NCBI GenBank assembly: GCA_023898465.1
Contig: CP060223.1
Coordinates: 320,001-384,000 of the forward strand
DNA length: 64,000 nucleotides
Reading direction: 5' to 3'
From: Candidatus Nomurabacteria bacterium
GTDB lineage: Bacteria > Patescibacteriota > Patescibacteriia > HK-STAS-PATE-3
The notes under the pieces were generated by a model, which was not told the DNA's origin, made no database searches, and saw nothing but the letters and a program-made list of their open reading frames with translations. How positions within the stretch are numbered: position 1 is the stretch's first letter; every line of letters begins with the position of its first letter. This document shows, in pieces, positions 1-9,086 of this stretch. The position numbers and the translations under genes were made by a program.

Positions 1-70
1 TCGCAGGTGAATGTGGAAAAGTATTTTTTCTTTCAACGCATACGACAAAGGTGGCATGAAAGGAGTTCAC

Positions 71-481
71 ATGGACGTGAACAAAGTAACTTTGATCGGG
101 AATTTAGTCCGCGATCCCGAGGCGAGAAATTTACCGAGCGGACAGGCGATTAGCACTTTTTCACTCGCCACAAACTATAGCTGGCGAGACATTAAAACAA
201 AGAGTCGCAAGGAGTCAACTGAATTTCATGACATTGTTGCCTGGGGAAAATTGGGCGAAATCATCCAGCAGTACGTGAAAAAGGGCAGCAAAGTATATAT
301 CGAAGGTCGCCTCCACCGTCGTTCTTGGGAAGATAAGGCAAAACAAAAGCATTATCGAACCGAGGTAGTTGCAGAAAATTTGGTCATGCTAGGTCATCGT
401 AGTGCAAAGACAAAAGAAGTTGAACCAACCGAGTTACCAAAAGATGAGGTCAGTGTAGAAGAAATCCCCGTTACCGCTTAA
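71..481 (+). CDS. ssb: Single-stranded DNA-binding protein (OB-fold SSB). The ORF track begins at 11 with an alternative start; the ATG at 71 (MDVNKVTLIGNL...) fits the SSB N-terminus.
   Basis: Translation shows the typical SSB N-terminal OB-fold sequence (VTLIGNLVRDPE...). The acidic C-terminal tail is present. Length is about 137 aa. Confidence 0.85.
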   Translation: MDVNKVTLIGNLVRDPEARNLPSGQAISTFSLATNYSWRDIKTKSRKESTEFHDIVAWGKLGEIIQQYVKKGSKVYIEGRLHRRSWEDKAKQKHYRTEVVAENLVMLGHRSAKTKEVEPTELPKDEVSVEEIPVTA

Positions 482-769
482 GCTCTTTACACTCGAGAAG
501 TTTGAACAAGCGTTCAGGCTTCTCGTCCGCTCAGCATGTGCGATCACTTGATGGTTCCTTTAAATTTTGATCGCCACCAAAATTTGTCTGCTATCAAGCG
601 GCTGCTATGTTGAGTGGACGAGAGGTTAATTCTCTTCTTATGCAAATCATTTACTCCATCATTTCTATACTTATTCTCTGTGTTTTGGGAATCATTTTCC
701 GAGTGCTTACTTGGACAGAGGAAGAAAACTAATTGTCTTTGTTGTAAGACTTTAGGTGTCTGTAGAAAA

Positions 770-961
770 ATGAACAAAGCTACACTAATAAAAGGATTAC
801 TACGTTTTGGTGCGAGCAGCTTATTACTCTCAGGGTATTATTTTCATATTTTTTCTACCGATAGCATATTGGTTGACTTAGTCGTTCCTCTTGCTACTTT
901 TATCTTTGCCGTCTTTTTGATTGATAAAGGTGTAGATAGAGCTTTCAGAAAACTCAACTAA
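770..961 (+). CDS. Hypothetical small membrane protein (~63 aa, two hydrophobic segments). It is the internal ATG of the 614..961 ORF.
   Basis: Only the C-terminal 63 aa of the ORF-track protein look protein-like (two TM-like stretches). The upstream part is low-complexity. A weak call. Confidence 0.2.
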   Translation: MNKATLIKGLLRFGASSLLLSGYYFHIFSTDSILVDLVVPLATFIFAVFLIDKGVDRAFRKLN

Positions 962-1054
962 AAATGGGGGAAAGAACGCCTAAGCGTTTCTTCCCCACAC
1001 TCCAATAGAGAGAATGCTGCAGCGCGGTTGCTACGTCAACGCCTGATTTTTAGC

Positions 1055-1083
1055 TTGGAAAAGTTAGAAAAAAATGGTATACT
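1055..1083 (+). promoter_or_regulatory. Sigma70-like promoter upstream of pgk: -35 TTGGAA (1055-1060), 17-nt spacer, -10 TATACT (1078-1083).
   Basis: Near-consensus hexamers with the ideal 17-nt spacing, 13 nt upstream of the pgk ATG. Confidence 0.5.
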
Positions 1084-1095
1084 AAGATCGAAGAA

Positions 1096-2280
1096 ATGAA
1101 ACTTCGATCTCATCGACAAGCAAAATATAAAGACAAGGTCGTGCTCTATCGCGCGACCTATGATATTACCCTAGCAAAACGAGGAAACGCCTGGGTGGTG
1201 CCGGATGATACCCGCATTCGGGAAACTTTGCCGTCTTTGCGTTGGATATTGAAGCAAAAACCCCGGGCAGTGGTAATTCTCACCTGGCTGGGTCGCCCAA
1301 AACGAAGCGGCGACCCGCAATATAAGCTTGATCCTGTAGCAAAGCGCTTAAGCTCACTGCTACATAAGCCAGTGAAGAAACTTGATCAGACCGTGGGTCC
1401 AAAGGTGCAAGAAGTCATTGAAGACGCAAAAGCGGGCAGTATACTTATGCTTGAAAATGTGCGCTTTGAAAAAGGTGAGGAAAATAATTCAACTGCCTTT
1501 GCAAAGGCGCTCGCCGCTAACGCCGATATAATGGTAAATGATGCTTTTGGTCAGTGTCATCGCAATGTGCCTTCCATTGTCGGCGTGCAAAAGTATTTAC
1601 CCTCATTTGCCGGACCTTTGCTTGAAAAAGAGGTAGAAATGCTTGACCTAGTGCGTAAAAAACCGAAGCGCCCACTGGTGGCGATTATGGGCGGTGTAAA
1701 AATTGGTACACGCATCGGGTTAATTAAATATTATCTTAAGCACGTTGATTACTTGTTGCTTGGTGGCGCCTTATCAAACACAATCCTGGCCGTGAAGGGT
1801 GTGCAGATTGGTAAATCTGTACAGGAGCCAGGCGTTCGTTCCGTGGTGCGTGGCCTCAATCTCATGAACAAAAAACTATATATTCCAATTGATGTGGTAA
1901 CCTCTACTGACGCAAAAGGAAAGGGATCTTTGCATCGACGACCAGTTGGCCGGGTAAGTAAGAATGAGTACATACTTGATATTGGTCCTGATACCGTAGC
2001 GCTTTTTTCTTCTATTATTCGAAAAGCTCGAATGATAGTATGGAATGGACCTCTTGGTTATACTGAAAATAAGCGCTTTGCGTACGGTACACGTTCGATA
2101 GCGCTAGAAATGGCAAAAGGTAAGGGCGAAACAATTGTAGGCGGAGGCGACACGCTTGCCATCTTGTCTCAGTCTCATCTTTTATCAAAATACGATCATG
2201 TCTGCACGGCTGGAGGGGCCATGCTGACTTACCTTGAATACGGGACACTCCCGGGTCTTAAACCACTTTTTACTCGTTAA
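1096..2280 (+). CDS. pgk: Phosphoglycerate kinase
   Basis: 394-aa product with the conserved PGK N- and C-domain sequence pattern (…GRPKR…, …GGGD… region). Length is typical. Confidence 0.93.
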   Translation: MKLRSHRQAKYKDKVVLYRATYDITLAKRGNAWVVPDDTRIRETLPSLRWILKQKPRAVVILTWLGRPKRSGDPQYKLDPVAKRLSSLLHKPVKKLDQTVGPKVQEVIEDAKAGSILMLENVRFEKGEENNSTAFAKALAANADIMVNDAFGQCHRNVPSIVGVQKYLPSFAGPLLEKEVEMLDLVRKKPKRPLVAIMGGVKIGTRIGLIKYYLKHVDYLLLGGALSNTILAVKGVQIGKSVQEPGVRSVVRGLNLMNKKLYIPIDVVTSTDAKGKGSLHRRPVGRVSKNEYILDIGPDTVALFSSIIRKARMIVWNGPLGYTENKRFAYGTRSIALEMAKGKGETIVGGGDTLAILSQSHLLSKYDHVCTAGGAMLTYLEYGTLPGLKPLFTR

Positions 2281-2293
2281 TATTTTCTCCTTC

Positions 2294-3568
2294 ATGCCTA
2301 CACCAAGCATCTCCAAAGTTACTGCACTAGAAATTCTTGATTCACGTGGCAATCCTACCGTGATGGCAAAGGTTGAATTAAGCAATGGTATGGAAGCGCG
2401 AGCGGGGGTGCCATCCGGAGCTTCTACCGGACGTTTTGAAGCATTGGAGTTGCGCGATAATGACATTAATCGATACCGCGGCCGGGGCACTCGTAAAGCA
2501 GTAGATAATATTAAGACGGTTATTCACCAAGCGCTAAAAGGTAAAAGTGTTGATGATAGCTCGCAGATTGATCGCATCATGATTGATTTGGACGGTACAG
2601 AATACAAATCCAAGTTGGGGGCAAATGCCATCCTGGCGGTTTCATTAGCCTGCGCGCGCTTAGCCGCAAAAGTCTCAGGTAAACCACTCTATCAGTACAT
2701 TCATGAGCATTATGGTTTTTCTGATCAGCCGCTCCGCTTACCCGAACCCATGATGAACATTATGAATGGAGGTAAACACAGCGACTCTGGCTTATCGATC
2801 CAAGAATTTATGGTTGTACCGCACGCGCCGTCCTTCCATGAACGAGTACGCATCGGCGCAGAAATTTTTATGGCTCTCGGAGATCTCCTTCATCAGCAGC
2901 GGCTCTCAAAGTTGGTCGGAGATGAGGGTGGCTATGCACCACGCTTAGATGCAAACACAAAAGCTTTTGAGATGATTCTCGAAGCAATTCATCAGACAAA
3001 TTACAAACCAATCGATGATGTGACTTTGGCTATCGATGCCGCAGCAACGGTCTTTTATGAAGCTGATCTGAATCAATATCGTCTTATGCCAGAGGATTCA
3101 ACTTACTCGGCTGATAAGTTAGTTGATCTCTATAAAGAATGGACAGAAAAATATTTCCTTCGCTCGGTTGAAGATGGATTGCGTGAAGATGACTGGAACG
3201 GTTGGAAGATGATGACAAAGAAGTTAGGAGGAAAAGCTATGGTGGTAGGTGACGATCTCTTTGTAACGAATCCATCGCGCTTACGAGAAGGTATAAAGAA
3301 AAATGCTGCCAACGCTATCATTATCAAGCCGAACCAGATAGGCACAATGACTGAGGCAATTGAGGCGACAAAACTGGCTCAGCAAAATCATTACGCGGTG
3401 ATTGTGGCGCATCGCTCTGGTGAAACTATTGATGATTTTATTGCTGACTTAGCTGTTGGCGTGAACGCAGATTATATTAAGACTGGCTCCTTGTCTCGTG
3501 GCGAGCGTATGGCAAAATACAATCGCTTGTTGGAAATCGAAATGGAATTGAGTGAGTGGAAGAAATAA
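2294..3568 (+). CDS. eno: Enolase (phosphopyruvate hydratase). True start is the ATG at 2294 (MPTPSISKV...), not the track start at 2234.
   Basis: Canonical enolase N-terminus (I-KV-A-EILDSRGNPTV) and conserved C-terminal barrel motifs. The ORF-track start overlaps the pgk tail, so the internal ATG is chosen. Confidence 0.93.
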   Translation: MPTPSISKVTALEILDSRGNPTVMAKVELSNGMEARAGVPSGASTGRFEALELRDNDINRYRGRGTRKAVDNIKTVIHQALKGKSVDDSSQIDRIMIDLDGTEYKSKLGANAILAVSLACARLAAKVSGKPLYQYIHEHYGFSDQPLRLPEPMMNIMNGGKHSDSGLSIQEFMVVPHAPSFHERVRIGAEIFMALGDLLHQQRLSKLVGDEGGYAPRLDANTKAFEMILEAIHQTNYKPIDDVTLAIDAAATVFYEADLNQYRLMPEDSTYSADKLVDLYKEWTEKYFLRSVEDGLREDDWNGWKMMTKKLGGKAMVVGDDLFVTNPSRLREGIKKNAANAIIIKPNQIGTMTEAIEATKLAQQNHYAVIVAHRSGETIDDFIADLAVGVNADYIKTGSLSRGERMAKYNRLLEIEMELSEWKK

Positions 3569-3577
3569 ACAGCTACT

Positions 3578-5158
3578 ATGGCAACGAAAAAAGGGACTAG
3601 CACAAAAACTTCTCGAGAAGCACATCTTTGGCCCGCAGTATTGTTAGTCATTGATGGCTTTGGTCACGCGCCAGCCGGCCCAGGGAATGCTGTTACCCTG
3701 GCCAAGACGCCGAACCTAACAAAAATTATGAAAGAAAATCCCTGGACCCTACTTGACGCATCTGGTCCAGCAGTTGGTTTACCCCCGGGTCAGGCAGGAA
3801 ACTCCGAAGCTGGCCATATGAACATCGGGGCAGGTCGAGTTGTATTGCAAGATAGCGTGCATATCACGAAAGAAATTGAAGATGGCCGCTTCTTTAAAAA
3901 TGCCGCATTCCTAGATGCTATCCACCACTGTCAAAAACGCAACAGCCGTGTGCATTTGATGGGGTTACTTTCTAACGAACAGAGTGGGCATAGTAATCCG
4001 GGTCATTTGCAAGCACTCTTAAAGCTCATGCGGCAAAAAAAAGTGAAAGAAGTCTATTTACATCTTTTCACTGATGGTCGCGATACACCTCCCCGTAGCG
4101 GCCTCGGCATGCTTCATAAGTTAGAAAAAACTTTGCGACCAAATGAGCGGGTTGTCAGCATCGCCGGACGTCTATGGGCAATGGATCGTAAGAAAAATTG
4201 GCAGCGAACAGATGCCTCATATCATATGCTTATTGAGGGACAAGGTCATCAAGTAAAATCCGCCTCAGAAGCCATCAGTCAAGGCTATGCGCATGGTACG
4301 ACTGATGAATTTATCGAACCCTCTGTCATATTTGAGAAAGATAAGCCGGTCGGTCGAATCGAGGACGGTGATGCAGTCATTTACTTTAATTTACGTTCTG
4401 ATCGCGCCCGGCAGCTTACCAAGCCTTTTGTGCAGGATAACTTCAAAGAATTCCGTCGCCGCAAAGTCATGCACGACTTAGCCTTTGTGGCTATGACCGA
4501 CTTTGGCCCAGACTTGAATCATTTATTGACTGCGTATCCAAGCGTTGATATTCAGGGCACTTTGCCGATGGCCCTAAAAGGGAAGCGGCAAATGTATATT
4601 GCAGAGAATGAAAAATTCGCCCATGTAACGTATTTCTTAAACGGTGGCTATGCTAACCCGGTGGCAAATGAAGATCGCATTATGATTCCTTCACCTGCGG
4701 TTGCCCATTATGATGAGGTGCCTGGGATGTCCACCCCGGGGATTACCTTGCGTACACTTTCCGTTTTGCAAAAAAAGCAGTACGACTTTATTGGCATGAA
4801 CTTTGCCAATTGCGATATGGTAGGGCATACCGGAAATCTCAAAGCCGCCATCACTGCTGTCGAAACCGTTGATGAGGCGATTGGAACTTTATACAAAGAA
4901 ATCCAAAAGCAGGATGGGTTACTTTTTATAACTGCCGATCATGGCAATGTAGAAAGTATGCTCTTCCCAGAAACCGGTGAGGCCGATACTGAACATTCGC
5001 AAAACCCGGTTCCATTCATTATCGCTGGCAAAGTTCCGAAGCAGTTTAACATTTTGAAAAAAGATGGCGTGTTGGGTCAGGTAGCTCCGACCGTGCTTGA
5101 TACTTTGGGGATCCCCATACCGACAGAAATGAAACTCAGTTCACTATGGCAAAAGTAA
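3578..5158 (+). CDS. gpmI: 2,3-bisphosphoglycerate-independent phosphoglycerate mutase (iPGM), paralog 1
   Basis: 526 aa. Conserved iPGM motifs are present: DGFG, the GNSEAGHMN catalytic-Ser region, and the metal-binding C-terminal TADHGN. Confidence 0.88.
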   Translation: MATKKGTSTKTSREAHLWPAVLLVIDGFGHAPAGPGNAVTLAKTPNLTKIMKENPWTLLDASGPAVGLPPGQAGNSEAGHMNIGAGRVVLQDSVHITKEIEDGRFFKNAAFLDAIHHCQKRNSRVHLMGLLSNEQSGHSNPGHLQALLKLMRQKKVKEVYLHLFTDGRDTPPRSGLGMLHKLEKTLRPNERVVSIAGRLWAMDRKKNWQRTDASYHMLIEGQGHQVKSASEAISQGYAHGTTDEFIEPSVIFEKDKPVGRIEDGDAVIYFNLRSDRARQLTKPFVQDNFKEFRRRKVMHDLAFVAMTDFGPDLNHLLTAYPSVDIQGTLPMALKGKRQMYIAENEKFAHVTYFLNGGYANPVANEDRIMIPSPAVAHYDEVPGMSTPGITLRTLSVLQKKQYDFIGMNFANCDMVGHTGNLKAAITAVETVDEAIGTLYKEIQKQDGLLFITADHGNVESMLFPETGEADTEHSQNPVPFIIAGKVPKQFNILKKDGVLGQVAPTVLDTLGIPIPTEMKLSSLWQK

Positions 5159-6744
5159 GCTCCTCAGTTTATCGACCCGTCGTGCTTGTTGTCTACGATG
5201 GTTTTGGTGTCGCACCAGCTTCTCGCGGCAATGCCATTAGCTTAGCCAAGACACCACACTTTGACGATATACTCCGGCATTACCCGGCAATTACCCTACA
5301 AGCTTCTGGCGAGGCGGTTGGTTCGCTCTGGGGGGAGTTGGGGAATTCAGAAGTCGGACACATGAATATGGGCGCCGGCCGCATCGTTTATCAGGATTTG
5401 CCGAGAATCACCAAGGCAGTTGCCGACGGCAGTATCATGAAAAATCCAGCCTTGCTTGATGCGGTAAAGCACGTGAAGGAGAAGGGGAGCAGTCTCCATA
5501 TTATGGGATTGATGAGCTCAGGAGGTGTGCATAGTTTTAATGAGCACGCCTATGCTTTACTCGAATTTGCCAAGCATGAAAAAATCGACAAAGTATTTAT
5601 TCATGCCTTCTTAGACGGTCGCGATACGCCGCATAATAGCGCAGAGCGTTTTATTACCAAACTTCAAGCGACAATACAGAGTTTAGGCGTAGGGAAGATT
5701 GCCTCACTCTCTGGACGCTACTGGGCCATGGATCGAGATAATCGTTGGGATAGGATTGAAAAAGCGTATCGCGTATTAGTTGACGGCAATGCAGAACAAA
5801 GCGCAACTGATCCGATGCAAGCAATTCACGACAGCTATGCAAAGAAAGTATACGATGAGGAATTTATACCTACAGTTATCACTGATGCGGCCGGCGCCCC
5901 GATTGGGAAGATAAACAATAACGACGCAGTCATTTTCTTTAATTTCCGACCAGATCGCGCTCGCCAGTTAACCAAGGCATTTGTGCTGCCAGGTTTTGAA
6001 AAGTTTTCTCGTGTCTACATGCCAGATCTCTTTTTTGTGACAATGACTGAGTACGAAAAGGATTTGCCGGTGAGTATTGCCTTCCCACCTGAGCATGTGG
6101 CAGAGCCTCTAGCAAAAGTCCTCTCTGACGCCGGCAAGACACAACTCCATATTGCCGAGACGGAAAAGTATGCCCATGTCACTTTCTTCTTTAACGGAGG
6201 CCGAGAAAAAGCCTATCCGCAAGAGGACCGCATACTTATTCCTTCACCGGCAGTGAATTCCTATGATCAGAAGCCGGACATGAGCGCTCGTGAAATAACC
6301 GATCGCGTGATTGAAGAAATTCAGAGCATGAAGTATGACTTGATTGTTATTAATTACGCAAACGCAGATATGGTGGGTCACACCGGCAAATTGCCAGCGA
6401 CGATTGAGGCAATTGAAATGTTGGATGAGATGACAGCCCGGCTCAAAGAAATTGTCGAGGAGGTAAACGGTGTGTTGCTACTAACTGCTGATCACGGCAA
6501 TGCTGAGGATATGATTAATTTACAAACCGGCTTTTTACAAAAAGAGCACACGACAAATCCTGTCCCATGTATTTTGGTAGGAAAGGCTTTTCGTTCAACG
6601 AAAGATAAAGACACCATGTCGCTCGATCTTTCTTTGCAGACGCCACGAGGATTACTTTCTGATGTTGCACCAACTATTCTCGAGCTGATGGGAGTTGCCA
6701 AACCAAAATCCATGACTGGAAAGAGTTTGCTCCATGTGTTTTAG
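5146..6744 (+). CDS. gpmI: 2,3-bisphosphoglycerate-independent phosphoglycerate mutase (iPGM), paralog 2, in tandem with a 13-nt overlap
   Basis: 532 aa. It carries the same motif set (DGFG, GNSEVGHMN, TADHGN) but is clearly diverged from paralog 1. Confidence 0.88.
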   Translation: MAKVSSSVYRPVVLVVYDGFGVAPASRGNAISLAKTPHFDDILRHYPAITLQASGEAVGSLWGELGNSEVGHMNMGAGRIVYQDLPRITKAVADGSIMKNPALLDAVKHVKEKGSSLHIMGLMSSGGVHSFNEHAYALLEFAKHEKIDKVFIHAFLDGRDTPHNSAERFITKLQATIQSLGVGKIASLSGRYWAMDRDNRWDRIEKAYRVLVDGNAEQSATDPMQAIHDSYAKKVYDEEFIPTVITDAAGAPIGKINNNDAVIFFNFRPDRARQLTKAFVLPGFEKFSRVYMPDLFFVTMTEYEKDLPVSIAFPPEHVAEPLAKVLSDAGKTQLHIAETEKYAHVTFFFNGGREKAYPQEDRILIPSPAVNSYDQKPDMSAREITDRVIEEIQSMKYDLIVINYANADMVGHTGKLPATIEAIEMLDEMTARLKEIVEEVNGVLLLTADHGNAEDMINLQTGFLQKEHTTNPVPCILVGKAFRSTKDKDTMSLDLSLQTPRGLLSDVAPTILELMGVAKPKSMTGKSLLHVF

Positions 6745-6774
6745 TTACTCCTTGTTGTGATATACTAAATATCT

Positions 6775-7398
6775 ATGGAAGGTTTCACTGTCCCCGTAGA
6801 AGTTTCCGCGCGACATCTCCACGTAACTGAGGAGACTTTTCATATCTTATTTGGAGCTGAAGCGAATTTGAGTATTGAGAAAAATATTTCTCAGCCAAAT
6901 CAGTTTATAGCAAAAGAGCGGGTAAAAGTAATCGGACCAAAAGGTTCATTTTCATCTGTTGGTATTGTTGGTCCTTATCGTGCATATACCCAGCTTGAAC
7001 TGGCTAAGAGCGACGCGCGTCACATCGGCGTAGATGCTGCGTTAACCGTGTCTGGCACAGAGGTAGAAAATACCGTGCCAGTGACACTGGAGGGTCCCCT
7101 AGGCTCTGTAACGATTCATAAAGATGTCATTATTGCCGCGCGACATCTCCACTGCGATCCAGCAACGGCAGCTAAGTATGGCCTGAAACATCTGGATAAG
7201 GTAAAAGCGCGAATCACTGGCCCCCGTGGCTTAGCATTTGATCAGGTGGTAGTACGGGCGAGAGAAGGCAAAGACGCATTAGCGCTGCATCTCGATACTG
7301 ATGAAGGGAATGCGGCAGGGGTAGAGCCCGGGACGACTGCGGAACTCATACTAGAAGATATTTCCGACGTGCCGCAGCCTGAATTAACTCTCGACTAG
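6775..7398 (+). CDS. pduL: PduL-type phosphate acyltransferase (phosphotransacetylase / phosphate propanoyltransferase, EutD/PduL family)
   Basis: About 207 aa with the internally duplicated PduL architecture: two ARHLH-containing halves (SARHLHV… and AARHLHC…). It sits immediately upstream of ackA. Confidence 0.78.
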   Translation: MEGFTVPVEVSARHLHVTEETFHILFGAEANLSIEKNISQPNQFIAKERVKVIGPKGSFSSVGIVGPYRAYTQLELAKSDARHIGVDAALTVSGTEVENTVPVTLEGPLGSVTIHKDVIIAARHLHCDPATAAKYGLKHLDKVKARITGPRGLAFDQVVVRAREGKDALALHLDTDEGNAAGVEPGTTAELILEDISDVPQPELTLD

Positions 7399-7399
7399 T

Positions 7400-8545
7400 A
7401 TGTACACTCTTTCCGTGAATGTAGGCAGCTCAAGTATGAAGTTTGCCGTTTTTGCTCGTGATGAAAAGGTGCTACTGCGGGGTGTGCTCGATGGTATGAA
7501 GCGCGTTAATGTTGTTGTGCATTTGCAGTACGGTAACAAGAAGCGAACCTATGATGTGCGCGGGCCAATTCGTTTGGCTAAGGCGTTTCAATTACTTCGC
7601 AGCGCATTAACCGAGGCGGGGATTGATCAGGCAGAAGTATCAAGCGTGGGTCATCGAGTTGTACACGGGGGAAAGTTTGGTCATGCGGTGAAAATTACCC
7701 CGGCAGTATTACGCGAGTTAAAAAAGTACATTCCACTGGCGCCTCTGCATCAAGGTCAAGATATTGAGGCTATACGTACTGCCCAAAAAGTTTTTCCTGA
7801 GGCGCAGCATATAGCGGTTTTTGACACCTCATTCTTTACGCACTTACCTGAAAAAGCAAAATACTACGCGTTACCGCGAGCGATCATGAAGAAATACCAG
7901 CTGCGCCGGGCAGGTTTCCACGGCCCTTCGCACCAGCACGCTGCCCAGTACGCCGCCCAGAAACTCGGCCGGCCTTTGCGTAAACTTAATCTCATCAGCA
8001 TACACCTAGGTTCAGGCTGTAGCATGACGGCAATTCAGCACGGTAAGCCAGTTGATACCTCTATGGGTTTCACTCCATTGGAAGGCTTAGTCATGTCTAC
8101 TCGTTCTGGTGATATTGATCCTGGCCTGATGCTCTTTCTTTTACGACAGGGATGGAACGTTTCCATGATTGATCGATTACTTCATACGCAATCCGGCTGG
8201 TACGGCCTAAGCGGATTTGTAGATTTTCGTGATGTACTTAAAGCATCTGGTTATCCCGTACCAAATTGGAAATTGCCGCATAAAGTAAATACACAACAAA
8301 AGGCCGAGTGTCGGGCGACAGTCGATACTGTGCTGTATCGACTGACCAAGTATCTTGGTGCGTACTGGGCAGTGCTTGGTGAAGTTGATGCAGTTATTTG
8401 TACCGGCGCAATGGGAGCGAAGAATGTCTGGTTTCGGAAGGCTCTGAAATCCTCCTCGCCTTTGTTTCATCATGCGAAGTGGTTAGCGGTGGAATCAGAC
8501 GAAGAGTTATTAATTGCTCGAGCAGTCCATACTACAGTGAAATAA
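7400..8545 (+). CDS. ackA: Acetate (propionate) kinase
   Basis: 381 aa with the acetate kinase N-terminal pattern (L-NxGSSS-KF) and typical length. It follows pduL by 1 nt. Confidence 0.9.
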   Translation: MYTLSVNVGSSSMKFAVFARDEKVLLRGVLDGMKRVNVVVHLQYGNKKRTYDVRGPIRLAKAFQLLRSALTEAGIDQAEVSSVGHRVVHGGKFGHAVKITPAVLRELKKYIPLAPLHQGQDIEAIRTAQKVFPEAQHIAVFDTSFFTHLPEKAKYYALPRAIMKKYQLRRAGFHGPSHQHAAQYAAQKLGRPLRKLNLISIHLGSGCSMTAIQHGKPVDTSMGFTPLEGLVMSTRSGDIDPGLMLFLLRQGWNVSMIDRLLHTQSGWYGLSGFVDFRDVLKASGYPVPNWKLPHKVNTQQKAECRATVDTVLYRLTKYLGAYWAVLGEVDAVICTGAMGAKNVWFRKALKSSSPLFHHAKWLAVESDEELLIARAVHTTVK

Positions 8546-8547
8546 CT

Positions 8548-9045
8548 ATGTGGTTTACGCCTAGTGAATGGATTGAGCTACTCATCTTGTTTTTTGCTAC
8601 CTTACTTATCCCGACCTTTAATTTCGTCTCACCTTTCCGTCCAATCCTTCTCATTATCGCTTTTGCCACTCATATCCACTTTCTTGTTGTTGGTGTGGTG
8701 GCTTCGGTGGGGGCAACGCTCGGCACTTTGCCACTTTACTACGTTGGACGAAAAACGCAGGAAATGGAAAAGGTGCAAACATGGCTGCAGCATCACTCAA
8801 AATGGAAGCGCTTACTTGAGAGAGTAGAACACAGCACATTTCTTGTCCTTTTGCTTTTACTTTGGACACCCTTACCTGATCAACTCGTTGGACTCTATGG
8901 CGGATTTGAGCGCTATACTATGAAAAAGTTTCTCCTAGCAAATTTTATTGGGCGAGCCGTATGGTACATCCCTCTCGCTTTTGCTGCGACAATATTTGAT
9001 GATCCATTAAGTGGCTTATGGCATTGGCTAACCGGGTGGCTATAA
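8548..9045 (+). CDS. DedA / SNARE-associated (VTT domain) family membrane protein. The internal ATG at 8548 is chosen; the track ORF start at 8398 overlaps ackA.
   Basis: Polytopic hydrophobic protein with DedA-like motifs (…LPLYYVGRK…, …FIGRAVWYIPL…). Confidence 0.65.
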   Translation: MWFTPSEWIELLILFFATLLIPTFNFVSPFRPILLIIAFATHIHFLVVGVVASVGATLGTLPLYYVGRKTQEMEKVQTWLQHHSKWKRLLERVEHSTFLVLLLLLWTPLPDQLVGLYGGFERYTMKKFLLANFIGRAVWYIPLAFAATIFDDPLSGLWHWLTGWL

Positions 9046-9046
9046 G

Positions 9047-9075
9047 TTGCGTGAAAGTAGAAAAATTCGTATACT
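9047..9075 (+). promoter_or_regulatory. Sigma70-like promoter upstream of korA: -35 TTGCGT (9047-9052), 17-nt spacer, -10 TATACT (9070-9075).
   Basis: Hexamers and spacing lie in an intergenic gap 12 nt before the korA ATG. Confidence 0.45.
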
Positions 9076-9086
9076 AGTGGAACGTC

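Noticed and set aside
2766-2948. Assorted 60-150-aa ORFs nested within or antisense to pgk, eno, gpmI, korA, recJ, murJ, lepA, priA, PBP2 and others (for example 2766..2948, 9326..9565, 9746..10009, 26781..27233, 27764..28192, 49237..49698, 50883..51320)
   Set aside because: Each is wholly contained in a well-supported conserved gene on the same or opposite strand, and their translations are low-complexity. I treated them as overprinting artefacts.
8398-8547. Upstream extension of the DedA-like ORF, overlapping ackA by 150 nt
   Set aside because: The conserved DedA-like hydrophobic sequence begins at the internal ATG at 8548, immediately after the ackA stop. The extension has no membrane character.
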